DNA of 64,000 nt from Eledone cirrhosa. Lineage: Eukaryota. Numbering within the stretch: position 1 is the first letter of the stretch; the number at the start of each line of letters is the position of its first letter. The position numbers were made by a program, and so were the translations under genes. Shown here piece after piece: positions 37,228 through 51,562 of the stretch. The notes beneath the pieces were generated by a model that searched no databases, was not told the DNA's origin, and saw only the letters and a program-made list of their open reading frames with translations. Location: assembly GCA_964016885.1 (NCBI GenBank), contig OZ024740.1, positions 184,760,001-184,824,000 on the forward strand, read 5' to 3'.

Positions 37228-39724
37228 ATAGGAAAAGAGTCAGGACCCCGATGGCTGAGCTCTGGCCATTTCGAAATAGCTGTCGAAACAGCTGGAGCTC
37301 AGCCGTCGAGGTCCTGACTCTTTCCTCATTACCCACTCTACTACCCATAGTATTGAGTACTCTGGTGCATTATGGTCCAACTGGTTCCTTACCACACTTC
37401 CTTCGTTATATATATATATACATATATGAAATGCTGACTGTTTACTACTGCTTCTTAAATAATTTCTACTCCTGCTAATCAAACAACAAATATTATTCTA
37501 ACTATATAATGAAAATTAATAATAACATCGTAAATGATAGATAAGTAATGCTTTTTACCTCAAACTACTTGCTGCTACCCCTTAAATAATTTCCACTCCT
37601 GCAAGTCTAACAACAAATATTATTCAAACCATATAAGTTTAAATAATTAATAGCATTGCAAATAGTAATGAAGTAACAATTTTAACCCAAACCTATAATT
37701 TTGCATGGTCAAAAAACTCCATGTATACAACATATATTTTATATTTAATTGCTTGCTTTATGCACAGTGTTTGTTATGAAGCCCATTCTTAATACTATTA
37801 CTTCTCACATTTTCCTGAAGAAATGCAGTTATATATATTGTGTATGGTGTTAATAAATGTTAATTATTTCCAGTTGTTTACATATACATGTACAATTGTA
37901 ATTGTATTGAAACGGATGTTCAAATTAAAGAATGAATTTGAGTTGTTAAACTTGGCATTTTGTTATATTGTATATATGTGCCAACACACTGCTCTTGGTT
38001 ATCCTACTCATTCACTCATTCCTATATTTCATCTGCTTGTCACCCATCTCTTTGATTGTCTCTCTTTTGAACACTGGCTGCTGGTCTCTGTCCTCTGAGT
38101 CAGTTTTGCCCATCACTAACTTTGATAGCATTTAGCTGTTTTAAACGATGTTCAAGCAATGAGTTTTCTCATTCATATATATATATTCAAATACACTCTC
38201 ACTTCGTCTCAATCAGAAGCAACCATGCTTTTTCATTTAATCTTATCATAGCTATGATTAGCTTTCTATTTAGGACAGACACCACAGATTCAGGTCCATT
38301 ATCCCTTTATTTTATTTTATTTTTTTCTTCCGTCCTTCTATCTGTGCTTTCTGGTTTATCACACACACATCATACAAGCAGAAAGATTTATTTTCCTGTT
38401 GCACAATCCATCATTTTAAAATGGTACTGTCAATTAAATCGTGCAAAACCATTTTGCTGGTTTGAGAACTGATGAGGATGAATGTGTGTGTGTGTGTAAA
38501 CTTGTTTTGTACATTGCCTTTCTTTATTGCCAGTCACTTCTATGTGCCAACACACTTCTCCTTGACCTCCCACTCTTTCAGTCATATCTATATTTCATCT
38601 GCCTGTCAATTACCTTGTCGATTATCTTTCTGTTAATCACTGGCTACTGGTCTCTGTCCTCTGAAGCACCTGTGCTCATTGTTGTCTTTGAGAGTATTAG
38701 TTGTTTTAACAGCTGTTTTAGCATTTTTTTAAATTTATATATTTATATATTTAATACATTAACAGAGAAAGCTAATAGCAATACTCCTACCAACTCCCAT
38801 CTCACTCAACAAACATTAGGAAATACCTAAGTATATTGCCAACTATATTGTATTATGTGGAAAGTCGACTGTATTATTCTATATGAGACATAATCGTTTC
38901 GTTATAAGATTTCTACAAGGTGGGAGAAATAAGTCCAAGTTATGTAGAAGCCTGCATATAATCAACAGATTTATTTGCAGGTGGGCCCTTATAACTCTTC
39001 AGTGGAATGCCCAGGCAATATCAATACAAAAAATGACATCAATATTAATATTCAGCGATATTCGCCGTCAGTGCTCGAAGAACCTCATTTTTAATAATTC
39101 CTTGATTACAACATTCTGTGTATATATACTTCAATCCTATATTTTCTTTGTCCTTCTCCTCTTGTCATTCCAACAATTGTCATATTTCCTTTTACATTCA
39201 TATTCATTTAAATTAATTACAATAATTTTCTTCCATATTTTCTTAAATTATTATCAAACATTTATCCACTAAATTACTATATGTATGTATCTATCTATCT
39301 ATGTTCAGATTGCTATTGTTATTTGGGCTTTGTTTTTTATTGTACTTCTTGTTTAAAGATAGATACATTGGTAAATATATTTAAATAGATAACAATTGAT
39401 CCACTCTCAGACAAGCAGGCAGACAGCTTCTATATGGCCATTGAAAATCTTGTTAAAACTGTGAGTATAGTGGTATCAAGGTGTTCATTACATCATTATG
39501 TATAATGTGATAATAGCCAATATGGCAGGTTGTTAGTCAGACTGGTGTGGTGTGACAAAAATAATATATACCTATACAAACTGAAAGACATGATATAATA
39601 AGGGGAGGGCTCAAACGACATGCAAAAGTACCTGAAATCCAACCACAGTCAGCTACTGGCACATATTTTTCATTGACCATACTTAAATATGGAATGATAT
39701 GCGATGCCCCCCCCCCCCCCCCCA

Positions 39725-40290
39725 ACAGCCCCGGTGGACAGGATGGAGAAGGCGTTTCCCCGGAGGACGGCAAGGGAGACCTGCTGGAAAAACAACTCCA
39801 ACTCGCAGGGGTCACACCTGCGGCTGGCCAACTCAGCACCTATGGTGGTGAATAGGGAGATAGCACTAGGGCCGAGGACACCAGAAGTCTCCACTGCCCG
39901 GGGTACTACTGCAAACCTGTCGGAGAGCGACCATTATTTGAGGAGTTTGGCCTCCTCAGCCCAATGTGCAGCAGAACCTGGGTTAGTCGCAGACTGCACC
40001 AGGTTGCGGCTGCAGAAAGTGTCGGTGCAAGTGGCATCCCAGACAAGAGGTTTGCCACCATGGAACGGGAAGATGGTCATGCCATCTGGCCTTTTGCCGT
40101 CCCCTCAGTCCAGCCCCACTGGCTCAAGCTGGGAAGGGAAGCCTGCAGCGTCCAAGCCATGTTTATGACCTCATTGAGGGCAGCATGGTATGGAAGGCGG
40201 CCAGCACTGTGGTGAAAGGAAAGCAGGTGGAGGCCGAAAGAGTCCATGGTGGATCCGCAGCGTCATTAGTGTGGCTCGCAGATCCAGAAG
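39725..40290 (-). mobile_element. CRE-clade non-LTR retrotransposon 3' fragment (restriction-like endonuclease)
   Basis: Minus translation: H..AGRLPYHAALNEVI..LEPVGL..DGKRPDGMTIFPF..GKPLVWDATCTDT..AEEAK..F.VVP.AVETSGVLGP..QQVSLAVLRGNAFSI. Contains stops. Confidence 0.85.
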
Positions 40291-40640
40291 CCAAGCATCA
40301 AGGAAACGCTGATGCAAGGTTTCAAAGTTCTTTGTCAAACTGCTCAAGAGAACATTTTCAATTCTGCTCACCTTTAATTCCCAGTCATATTGTAACAAGA
40401 TGGTAGAATTCAAGCACTCATTAGATCTCAATGCGTAAATATGTTTGTTGTATCTGATTTTGAATATATTGGTGGGAAGTTTTATATAATTTGTCTTGCT
40501 ACTCTTAGCTGTAATGCTTATTCTATATGCCTTCTGTAGAGAGAAATAGGCTGTAATAATAAAACATTGTTTATAATTTGGATCTAGCAATTCATCCTTC
40601 AACGAACTTATCAAAAATATAAAATTAGTTGCTATTAAAA
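40290..40640 (-). mobile_element. Decayed PLE GIY-YIG fragment
   Basis: AYRISITAKSSKTNYIKLPTNIFKIRYNKHIYAL..NSTILLQYDWELK aligns to the PLE endonucleases in this window. Confidence 0.6.
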
Positions 40641-40736
40641 GCAAATTCAAACAAAAAGGCCAATATATTTTGTTATATTGATATACATATATATATATAT
40701 GTATATGTATTTATATATCAATATAAATACATATAC

Positions 40737-40768
<32 letters not shown>

Positions 40769-41804
40769 TAGAGTATGGGAGGTGATAGACAAGAGGGGGA
40801 TAGATGATAGAGCAAGAGAAAAGAGAGAGAGGAAATGAAAAAAAAGAAGGAGAGTGAGACAAAGGGAAAAGGAGAAAGATTTAAATAAGGGGAGGAAGAG
40901 AAAGCATGAAAAAAGCCTTGTTAGATATACAGAATAATATTAGAGATAACAGACAGCAACAAAAAAAGAGAGAAACGCACAAAAAGTGAGAAAAGTGAGA
41001 GAGAGGGGGGGGGGTTAAAAAAAAAGAATTTGCTTTGAATGGAGATACATTTTGATGGTTATTCAAAAGTTGAATGAGAGAAAAATTGAAGAATTGATAA
41101 ATGAAATTTTGGACAACTATGCATTAAAAAAGGTGCGTATGGAATAGAATTTAAGGTGTGCTGCTTTGGTGTCACATGAAAATCCTATGAAATTTTGCAA
41201 ACAGAAAAAAAAGCAATGAAAACATTAGTATATATATATGTGAATAAAATGCTGGATTTATGATGACAAAAGCTAACATCAAAAGAACTCAGTGAAAATA
41301 GTAGAAAAAGTCAGAATGTTAGAACAAAGTAGGTTAAAAGTATATAAATTATATGTATCTGACAAGAAAAAAAGAGATTTAGGTAAAAGAGCATTAAAGT
41401 TGGAATAGGTTAAAATAAGAAGTTTTCTGTTCCAAGTCTAATAATTGGTTCTACTTTTGGCACAAGGCCAGCAATTAACCAGTACATTACTGGTACTTTA
41501 TTTTAATGCAGATTTAAAACACTTCTGGTACTAAACTACCAGAAATAATACATAGCCAATTATTTTAAAGTGCTTAGATTTAGATTGAAATCTTTCATCA
41601 TAATTTTAAGTAAGAAACACCAACCATAAAATGAACAAGTTAGATATTTTACTAAATCCATATAAATTTTGGATTATTTTCAAAATCAATTGAAAGTCAT
41701 AGGCAGTGTATTTAATTATAAGTATGTTAACTAATGGAGTAAAAGTCAGTGTCAGCAGTATGGCAAAGTAGGGATATTGGTGATGAATAATATATGTATT
41801 GCAG

Positions 41805-42125
41805 GTGGCGAATTGGAAGATTTGTTAGAACATCAGATAGAATATTTTATGATATTCATTCCAGCTCTCTGAGTTCAAATGCTGTCAACTTTGCCTTTCT
41901 TCCTTTCAAAGTCGATAAAATAAACGTACCAGTCTAGTACTGGGGTTGATTCTTCCTCTATATCTCTTTCTCATTTCCTATCTCTCACTTTCTATCTTTC
42001 TCTGGAAGAAATCTGCTGTACTCAGGCCTGGGGAGGGATGGGCTCCACCTGGCTTAAAATGCCCAAGAAATGCTGTATGTCAATACAGCGCACCTATGAC
42101 TCTGTCTGGAGTTACAGGAGCATAC
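41805..42125 (+). mobile_element. Meta-core SINE with distinct 3' extension
   Basis: Core plus tail GAAGAAATCTGCTGTACTCAGGC...GGAGTTAC, also seen at 62188-62478. Confidence 0.7.
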
Positions 42126-42639
42126 CATACATACAGTATAGGTATCACTTAGTTGAGTGTTAAAATAAGGAACTGTTGATTGTTAATATAGAAGTGTATC
42201 ACTTAGTTGACTAAGAGATTGTTGGTTAATGGTTAATATATACAAATGTAAATAAGATTGTTATCGCTCCACAAAGTTCTTAGAAAACATCCTAAACTAT
42301 ATGCTAAACTGCACTTATTACTCCTGCTAAACCAGCCCATGATCCACCCTCCAAATTTGTCAAACGAAAATATATAAAGAATCTATAATTGAGTGTTAGG
42401 ATAATGAGATAAATGATGGCTAGTAATTTTTTCAAGTTATCCAGTTGATTCTTAAAATAAGATATTGTTGTTGGGTAAAATCATTCAGCCTATCAAATTG
42501 ATGCAAAAATAGAGATGATTAACAATATGTGTGTGTCACCTATTTGTGTATGGAAAACTGCAAGAGAACAAGAGATGACTATAAAGATAGAGAGGTTGTA
42601 AGAGAGAAAGAGAAAGATATAATATAATAGAGTGAATAA

Positions 42640-42960
42640 GTTGGGCAAGGTAAAGACCCCATTTGGTCATGAATGACCATGGGATTTACACCTAAAAAAT
42701 TCCCTTTTGAGGCACAAGTCTGGGCAAGGTTTTTTGATGAAGACCTGCAGTTGCCCATACATACCAGTCTCCCCTCTCCATGCCACCAATGTTGTCCAAG
42801 TGAAAAGCAAAGACCGATACAGCTTGGCACGAGTGATGTCGTAACTCATTTCTTCAGCTGAGTGAACTGGAGCAATGTGAAATAAAGTGTCGTGCTCAAG
42901 AACACAATACAAAGCCTGATTGTAAGCCCGACACTCTAACCACTAAGCCACACACCTTCA
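42640..42960 (-). mobile_element. tRNA-derived SINE, near full length
   Basis: Contains the shared CTGAGTGAACTGGAGCAATGTG block and the antisense tRNA head CTAACCACTAAGCCAC. Confidence 0.7.
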
Positions 42961-44556
42961 CTAATAGATTAAGAAGCTGATGTGATAAAAAGATGATTAA
43001 AAATATACGTGAAGGTTGCCTAGGAATTCAAATTTAAGGGATACAACTAAACACTAAATGTGTAGTGACTGGAAAAACATATATAACAATATATGTTTTT
43101 CCATTCACTACACTTTTGATTTTAAAAACAGAAAAGCAACAAATGTATTAAGAAGATGTAACCATTTCATTATCATATTTCTAATGAAAGACATTGCTTA
43201 TGAATTTCAATTAATTTCTAAAATATCCAATTTTGAGGGATTTAGTAGTACAACTAACTTTCTCATCAGTAAGCTGATGTTTGAAACATAATTTACGAAA
43301 CGGTTGTTACAAAAATTATAATGGAAGTTTTAGATTTAAACACAAATTTTTTAAAACAAATGGTTCAAAAAGGTTAAACTATTGTTTCGTTTACAGTCAT
43401 GATACTATTTACACTGCAGATAAACTGCAAGTCCATCTTCGGAAATTAGATGATATATATGGTCAATAAAATAAAAATAAAAAATGTTAAAAATGAGGGA
43501 TACAGAAATAAGGCTGAAATTCATTTTTAATTATAAAAAGTACCTGTAAAATCACAAAAGCAATGAATACCTTTCATCTATGATACTTGGGGAAAATCCC
43601 AATATTTCATACTATGACCATAGAAGAAATAAACATTTCAGTGAAGATTACAAGATGTTGTGATAGAATGAAAAACACAGCAGGTTGCTCATATCCTGGA
43701 GCAGATAAATAATTGCTATGCAAAACAGTATTGAGACAGATACCAAGAATAAGACGAGCATAAGCCACATAGCATATAACTTTTCAGAAGTACTTGAAAG
43801 CTAAGAAAAGATACATGGAAAATATAGAAAAGTACGCATGTGGTTAAGAATTCTAGACAAAACTAGCTTCCAATCTACAAACATGTGTAGGATGAATTAA
43901 ATGACTACATAAATAAAACAACTAAGGAGAATGTCTTTATTTATTCTCTATATCCAGCAGCACACCATAAATAATTGTCAAAGTGATTTGCTGCCACAGT
44001 CATAAAGCAATGGTAGCTTTACATGTCACTTCAAATATATTTGCCTTGCTGCTATTGATAAAACCCTTTGTTGATTTACTAGTGACACCAATTGTTTCCA
44101 TTACCACTGCTTCAAAGATATATTACTGTCATTTTAAACTATTGATTTAATTTAACTTCAGAAGATAATTCGTCAAGTCACTTCACTTTAGTAGGATAGG
44201 TTATGCTACTATGTGTACAGTTTTCAGTACATTATCTCCTTAACTTACTATTCTAAACTTGTCAAACATAATGAAGTGTTTTACATTGTTTTCATGTTTG
44301 GCATGCTTACAGTGTTTGAGTCTGCACTGCAAGTCACAGAGATGTGGATACCTGTTTCATATATTGATGATTGGCTTGCTTATATTTTTGTTCTTAAATT
44401 CGTTTTTTGACTGGTTTCAGAATTGGAGTGTATAGAATTGGAGGGTGTTAACCATTATTATTAGCCCATACTTAATTTTATCCTTCTTTATTTGTCCAAC
44501 CAATAAGTTACAGGATATAAGAAAACAACATAAACAACATATGTTTTGATCCTGCT

Positions 44557-44734
44557 TTAACCCTTTAGCATCTAAACCGGCCATATCAGGCCAGAATTCT
44601 CTCACTTCTTCAAACTGGCCATAACTGGCTGCTCATACTGATGTTAAAGTATTGTCCTCAAAATAGATAACATCAAAGCCTTACTGTAAAAATACTATAG
44701 TAAATATAGAGTAATGTAAATGGTAAAGGGTTAA
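44557..44734. mobile_element. TTAA-flanked MITE, same family as 1212-1409
   Basis: TTAACCCTTTAGCAT...ATAGAGTAATGTAAATGGTAAAGGGTTAA. Confidence 0.7.
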
Positions 44735-45684
44735 CAGAGATGTAGACAAGGATACAATAACATGAAAACACAGCCTCTCACACATATAGAACTGACATAC
44801 TATCCTATTCCAACATATAATTTCTCTCTCCCACCCATGTTCTGTAATAGAAATAGTTCGCCCAAAATATCAGGTCTAATTAAACATTTCTAAGATAACA
44901 ATTCAATATTTGGGGATTGGCAATATTGGTAGAACATCAGACAACATGCTTTGTTATGTTCCCTTTACATTCTGAGTAAAATCCTGCTGAGGTTAGCTTT
45001 TCCTTACAGGGTCAATGAAATAGAGTACCAGTAATATACTGATGTTTATTTAGTTGACTTTTAACTTCCCTTTACATTGCTGGCCTTGTGCTAATTGTAG
45101 AAAGAAATATTGTTGATGTTTAATGTTTGAACGGTATTGTTGTAGCCTACAATAACACTACTTTACGCACTCATACATTCACACACACACACACAAATAT
45201 ATATCATTTTCATCATCATCATCATTTCATTTTACGTCCGCTTTTTCCCTGCTTGCAAGGGTGGGACGGGAACTGATTCTGGCTTGATTTCTACAGCTGG
45301 ATGCCCTTCCTAACGCCAACCTCATTTACAGTGAGTGCTGGCTGCTTTTTTGCCGTGGCACCTCCACGACCACTTTGCAGTGGAATGATAGGGACCCCAG
45401 TCCCTATCATCTCATTTCTACATCTGAGTAAACTGGGGCAATGTGAAATAAAGTGTCTTGCTCAAGGAAACAACACATCACCCGGTCTGAGAATTGAACT
45501 CACAACCTTTCGATTGCAAGGCCAATGCTCTAACCACTAAGCCATGTGCCTCCATGTTGTTATACTTTGGGAGAGTCATGCTGCCAATAAAAAAAAACAC
45601 AAACACCTGTTGGTTTTCACTTCAATTTATTATAAACTTCCAGTTACTGAGTTAAATAACTGGATAGATGTTTATTTGTTTATT

Positions 45685-45727
45685 GTCAAAGCTCTTTCGT
45701 CACATATTTTGTGACCTCCTCAGTGAC
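45685..45727 (-). ncRNA. Type I hammerhead ribozyme
   Basis: GTCA-CTGAGGA-gGTCACA-AAATA-TGTGAC-GAAA-GAGC-TT|TGAC. Stems I and II pair perfectly. Confidence 0.75.
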
Positions 45728-46589
45728 TAATTTGTTATTTTATGTCTCTCCTTTGTTCCGTCCTACACCAATTTGTTTTTGTGAGCTGTGTCACAATTTT
45801 TTTTTCCTGTAAAAACAACTTTTGTTCCATTTTATTTTGTAAAATTCAATATTTTTAATAGTTAAATCCGAGTTCACTATCAAACAGCCATTCTAGTGAG
45901 GGAAAATTGAAGTGTTTGATATTCAGTTTAAATATTGCTAAATCAATTGGTTAGGAGGGATATGTAGGAAAATACAGTTCTGTGAGTTTGTGAGGGAGGA
46001 AATCAGTCACAGTAGAGGAGATAGAGAGAAACAACTGGATTAGGCATGACTAGTTAAAGGTGGTCAATATCAAGGAAGATTATTACGTTAGTGAGTTTGA
46101 TTCAAGGAGAAATACCAATCCAAGGCTTCCTCACCCCTGTTGGATGAACCCCTCCCTGGTCATGTGAGGGGTATAGCTGTACTCACCATGCATGGCCAGT
46201 TGGGGAGACTATATAACTTATAATTGGGGTGGATGGCCATTGACACTGAGGAGTTCATCATTTTCCCTTTTAACTGCTCTTGTTTTTGTGCTGCTGAGGT
46301 TCCACTTACCCTCCCCACCAGACCAGGGTTTGTTGGGTGTGCCAGTTTAGTCACCATACAACAGTAAGGGATATAACTGGATCAGGCAAAATAAATTGGT
46401 CTGAATGTAGGTACTCTACAGTTAGGGAAATAATTAGTTTAGATGATCCTAGCTGGTTCAAGGTGGCATACAGTAAGGGAAAACTTTGGGGTAAGGTGGG
46501 TATGGCTGAAGGCAACTGGGTTAGATGAGCTTGGTTTAAGATGGTAGACAGTAAAGGAAACATGTTGTATATAATGCTACCTGGTTCAA

Positions 46590-47115
46590 GTTGTATAAAG
46601 ATGGGGGAGGCTACTGGGTTATGTTGGTATATAAGAGAGGAAGCTACTGTGTTAGCTTGGTATACAGTAGGGTGACTACTGAGTTAGGTTGTTATACAGT
46701 GGAGAGACTACTGAGTTAAGTTGGTATACAGTAGAGAGACTACTGGTTAAGTTGGTATACAGTAGGGGGAGACTACTGGGTTAGGCTGGTATATAGAATG
46801 CAGAGATTACTCGGTTAGGTTGATATACAGTAGGGGAGATTTCTAGATTAGGTTGGTATACAGTAGAGGAGACAACTGGGTTATTTTTGTATACAGTAGG
46901 GGAGACTTCTGATTTAGGTTGTTATACAGTAGGGGAGACTACTGGGTTGAGTTGGTATACAGTAGGGGAGACTACTGGGTTAGGTTGGTATACACTAGAG
47001 GAGACTACTGGATTACATTGGAATACAGTAGGGGAGACTACTAGGTTAGGTTGGTATACAGTAGGGGAGACTACTGGGTTAAGTTGGTATACAGAAGGCT
47101 GAGATTACTGGTTAT
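46590..47115. repeat. 33-bp minisatellite with internal hairpin
   Basis: GGTATACAGTAGGGGAGACTACTGGGTTAGGTT, about 15 copies. CAGTAG/CTACTG are inverted within the unit. Confidence 0.9.
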
Positions 47116-47959
47116 AGGTGTGTCTAATTGTAGGTGGCATACAGAGATGTGAAGTATGAAAAATTGCATGAGAAAAAGAAAAGAATGGAAAGATATAGAA
47201 GTTGTAAGAGAGAAAGACAAAGATGTTGTATAATAGTCCAAGTAGCTGATATTATAAAGAGAAAGATAGAGTAGACAAAGGAAGGAGAGAGAGAACAAGT
47301 AAGATAGTTAGAGGGAAAGTGTGAGATATATAGAAGAGGGGGAAGAAAGGTGTGTTAGAGCATGAGAAGTGAGGTGAGAAAAGAAGTTACAGTAAAGAGC
47401 AGTATGAGAGAGAGAGAGAGAGATAAGAGAGTGTGTGTGTATGTGTGTGTTAGAGAGAGTGAGAGAGAGAGAGTGAGAACATGGAAAACAAAGACAAATA
47501 GAGAAAATATGTCGAAAATAAAGATAGACTAAGAGAAGAATAGAAATTAAGAGGGAAGGAAAGTGTGGTTGAAAAATAAGAAAGAGGGATATGAGAGAGA
47601 AACAAATGGGGGGAAATGTGAGGAAAAGAAATTGTGGTTGTGAAAAGGAGAGAGAGATAATAAGAGAGAGTGACTGAAGGAAAGAGAGGAAGCAGAGAGT
47701 GAGAGAGAGAGAGAGAGAGTGTGTGTGTATGTGTGCGTGTGGAGACAGTTGAAAAAATAACAAAAACATAAGGAAAGGAAAATAATAAGGAAAGGTTATT
47801 TTATTATCCCAGTGCATACAGACATAAATATATATAAACACACATTCTAACATAGACTGCTGCACTAACGCTCTATAACGGTGACAGATGAATGGATTAA
47901 CACTGCATGCACTACTGCACACGGTCCAGCACACACACACATGCAAGTTTACTAGTATA

Positions 47960-48620
47960 CACATTGATAGTTGAACATATGATGCACTGCTTCACTTTAT
48001 CTAACACACACATGTACTCTCATACATATACATTGATAGTTGAACATAAGATGCATTACTGCACATAATCTAACATACATATGCACACTTACTGTTATAC
48101 ATGCATTAGAGTTTAACATATGATGCATTACTGCATGTTATCTAACATACACATGCATACATATTGTCAAACATACATTGATAGATTAACATATGATGCA
48201 TTACTGCACTTTATCTGACATACACATGCACACTTATTGTCATACATATATTTTAATAGATTAACATACGATGCATTACTGCACTTTATCTGACATACAC
48301 ATGCACACTTATTGTCATACACAGATATTAATAGATTAACATACGATGCATTACCACTTTCTATCTAACACACAGATACACACTTACTATCATATACTTA
48401 CATTAATATTTTAACATAAGATGCACTACTGTATTCTATCTAATATGCACTACTGCACTTTGTTTGACACACAGATACAAATGCAGACTTACTATCTACA
48501 TTAATAGTTTAACATAAGATGTATTAATGCACACTGTCCGACACACAGATACAAATGCACAATTACTGTCATACACACACATTGATAGTTTAACATAAGA
48601 TGCATTACTGCATTCAAACA
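47960..48620. repeat. Diverged minisatellite, ~65-70-bp unit
   Basis: Recurrent CATTGATAGTT.AACATA.GATGCATTACTGCAC..ATCT.ACA. Degenerate copies trail on to ~52.4 kb. Confidence 0.8.
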
Positions 48621-50640
48621 CAAACACATGCAGACTTAATATCATACAGATATGTAAATAGATTAACACTGTGTGTATTATTACACTGTCAAATACACAC
48701 TTACACACACATGCATATTCATGATGATACATATACGGGATTAGATTCATACTATATGTCTTAATGCACTCTAACACACAAACACATAGACACACATACA
48801 CTCTTACTATCTTGCATATACAATATGAGATTAACACTAGAAGCAATACTGCATTCTAAAATACATACATACATATGAACAGAATATCACTGTATGTCTT
48901 ACTGCATTCTAACAAATATTCACACATGCACATGCATACACACTATAATACACATATAAGGTAAATTAGTAGACATTTGTAGTCAAGAATACACACACAC
49001 ACATTCAAATACACATACACATACATGAGTAGATTAGCATTGCATTCACTACTGCACTGAAACAAACTTACACTGCATGCTGTATTGCCCACTAACACAC
49101 AAATGGATGCACATTCTTGAGCTTATACATATGTAAGATATTATCATATTTCTTCAGTCAGGTATGAACACACCTGCCTAGACACTCATATATGTGTATA
49201 AATATTAGCAGTCATCTTGTACTTCAGAATCTGTATATAAGTATTCTAGTATTCACACACATGTGGGGATTAAACCTCCATGCACTACTGCACCAAAACA
49301 GACAAATACATGTAAGTTCCTGAGCATACAAGAAAGATTGACATGCATTTTACAGTCCAGTATATGAACGCTTGCAGCTTAGCACATAGACAAATGCATG
49401 AAAAAAGTAATATACATCATATGGTTCATAATGTACACAGATGTACTCTAGTACATATATGGAAATAATTTAACAGTTATACACTACTGCAACCGAATAT
49501 TCAGACATATATTCACATACATGCATTCATATATATGGATATATTAACACATGTTTTTGCACTTTTGCACATTTTCTTTATTTCGGATATGATAACAGAT
49601 TAATATACACCTAGAAATTCAGCAAGTACATACATGTGTTTAATCTAGCTGAGACATACAGATTAACATGTAGAATTGTGTATGTAATTACACTCCTAGA
49701 TTAACACTTTGTATGTATTACTGAACTCTAGTATGCTGATACATACTGACATGTAAGAGATTAATGACACTGACATGACATGTTGTAAGAGATTAGTTCA
49801 TTTTATGTAGTCCACAACATAAACATATAGTGGTGCATGTGTGTACTACATTTCATGTAGTACACACATGCACATTCACCACATGTTAACATATATGGAC
49901 ATATACATGAACAGATTAGAAAATCTCATAAACAGTGACAGTGTAGCATGCATCCATGTGGGCTCTCACTCACTTGCAATATGCATATGCATGATTATAT
50001 TATCACACACCTTTCCATCATGCATATATACATACATTCATATATTAACACACATAATGTACTGCTGCAATTTGGCATACACACAAACACACACACACAT
50101 ACTTGAACTTTATTACTCATATACCTGTCAATAGTATGGATCTTTGCAAGCACACATACATATTACTGGCATACAAATATTATGTACTCAAACATAAAAC
50201 AAACATGCATAATAATACACATATATTCTACACTAATAGACTAGCATGCCTCATGCACAATTTCATGCAGATACATGTATTGTTACTGGTATAGATGAAG
50301 AGAATAATGCACCAATATGCAGCACATTTAGATACCATTGTGTGCATACTCATATGTCAAAAGTATAATATACTCCATGTACTACTGCACTCTCATGCAC
50401 ATACAAATTAAGCCGATTCCTAATGCATCTCATGCACGTATGCACTCGTATTTTCATTAACAGATTGTCAGCCCTAACTTGCAATCATACATACACTTAT
50501 CTTCCCTCACTCTTATTTGCATGCTGGTATGCAAATAGATTAGCACATGCCCACAAACATTTGTATATGCAAACTTACACTCTAGCTTGTATATACTTAT
50601 GTGAAAATATTTACCTCTCTAGTTTAGTTCAGCATACATG

Positions 50641-50686
<46 letters not shown>

Positions 50687-51495
50687 CACACACACTCACA
50701 CGCTCATATATGTCTTTCTCACTTTCATACAGGCATACGAAACTATAAGCACACACCTTTGAACACATACATGAAAACTAGCTTGCATATACTTACGGGA
50801 AAATATTAGTACATCTCCTGTGCTCCAGTACATATACATACACATACATACATGTGAACTCTAATCTAAAGGGCATCTTAATACTACTACTTTGCTTTTA
50901 GCTGACTACAACTAAATCCATTTTGTTGCAAGTTCACTGGTAGAGAGTCCAATCTACAATTTATTTCTCCATCCTGCCCAGCTGTTTCGCCAATATTCTC
51001 AAATACATTGCAGAGTATTATTGGTACGGTGCTTTCATCCCTAACTTGGCCCTTAAAAATAATGCAAAAACAAAAATATTATAATTATATACACATTATG
51101 TGAAAAAAGAATGCTCACACCTTATGCAAGTCAAATAACACATATATTCAATCTAATAAGTATTTACACATATGTAAACTGTAAACAGATTAGCTCACAT
51201 GTTGCACCTTTGTATGCATTAACATTACACTCACTACAGCTTGCAGAGATTAGTGCACATGAAGTCCCCTTCTTTTTGCACTAATACACACATATGCTCA
51301 CAAACACACACATAAGCATATCCACTGGTTATTTATACATATAAACCTCTCTGAGTTCTACTGGAGGAGGATTGCTTCCACCTGAGTAACCACAGCTTCA
51401 TACAAACATGAATGTCATTGATATAAGTCTTCTGATCCATGCCCTGACACTGTATGGGGGATGTGTGTATGTGTGTATATATGCATATATATATA

Positions 51496-51562
<67 letters not shown>

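Noticed and set aside
38470-38500. CTGATGAG hammerhead core
   Set aside because: No downstream GAAA or stems.
46590-47115. CRISPR-like array (33-bp palindromic unit)
   Set aside because: Units are head-to-tail with no unique spacers, there are no cas genes, and the context is eukaryotic.
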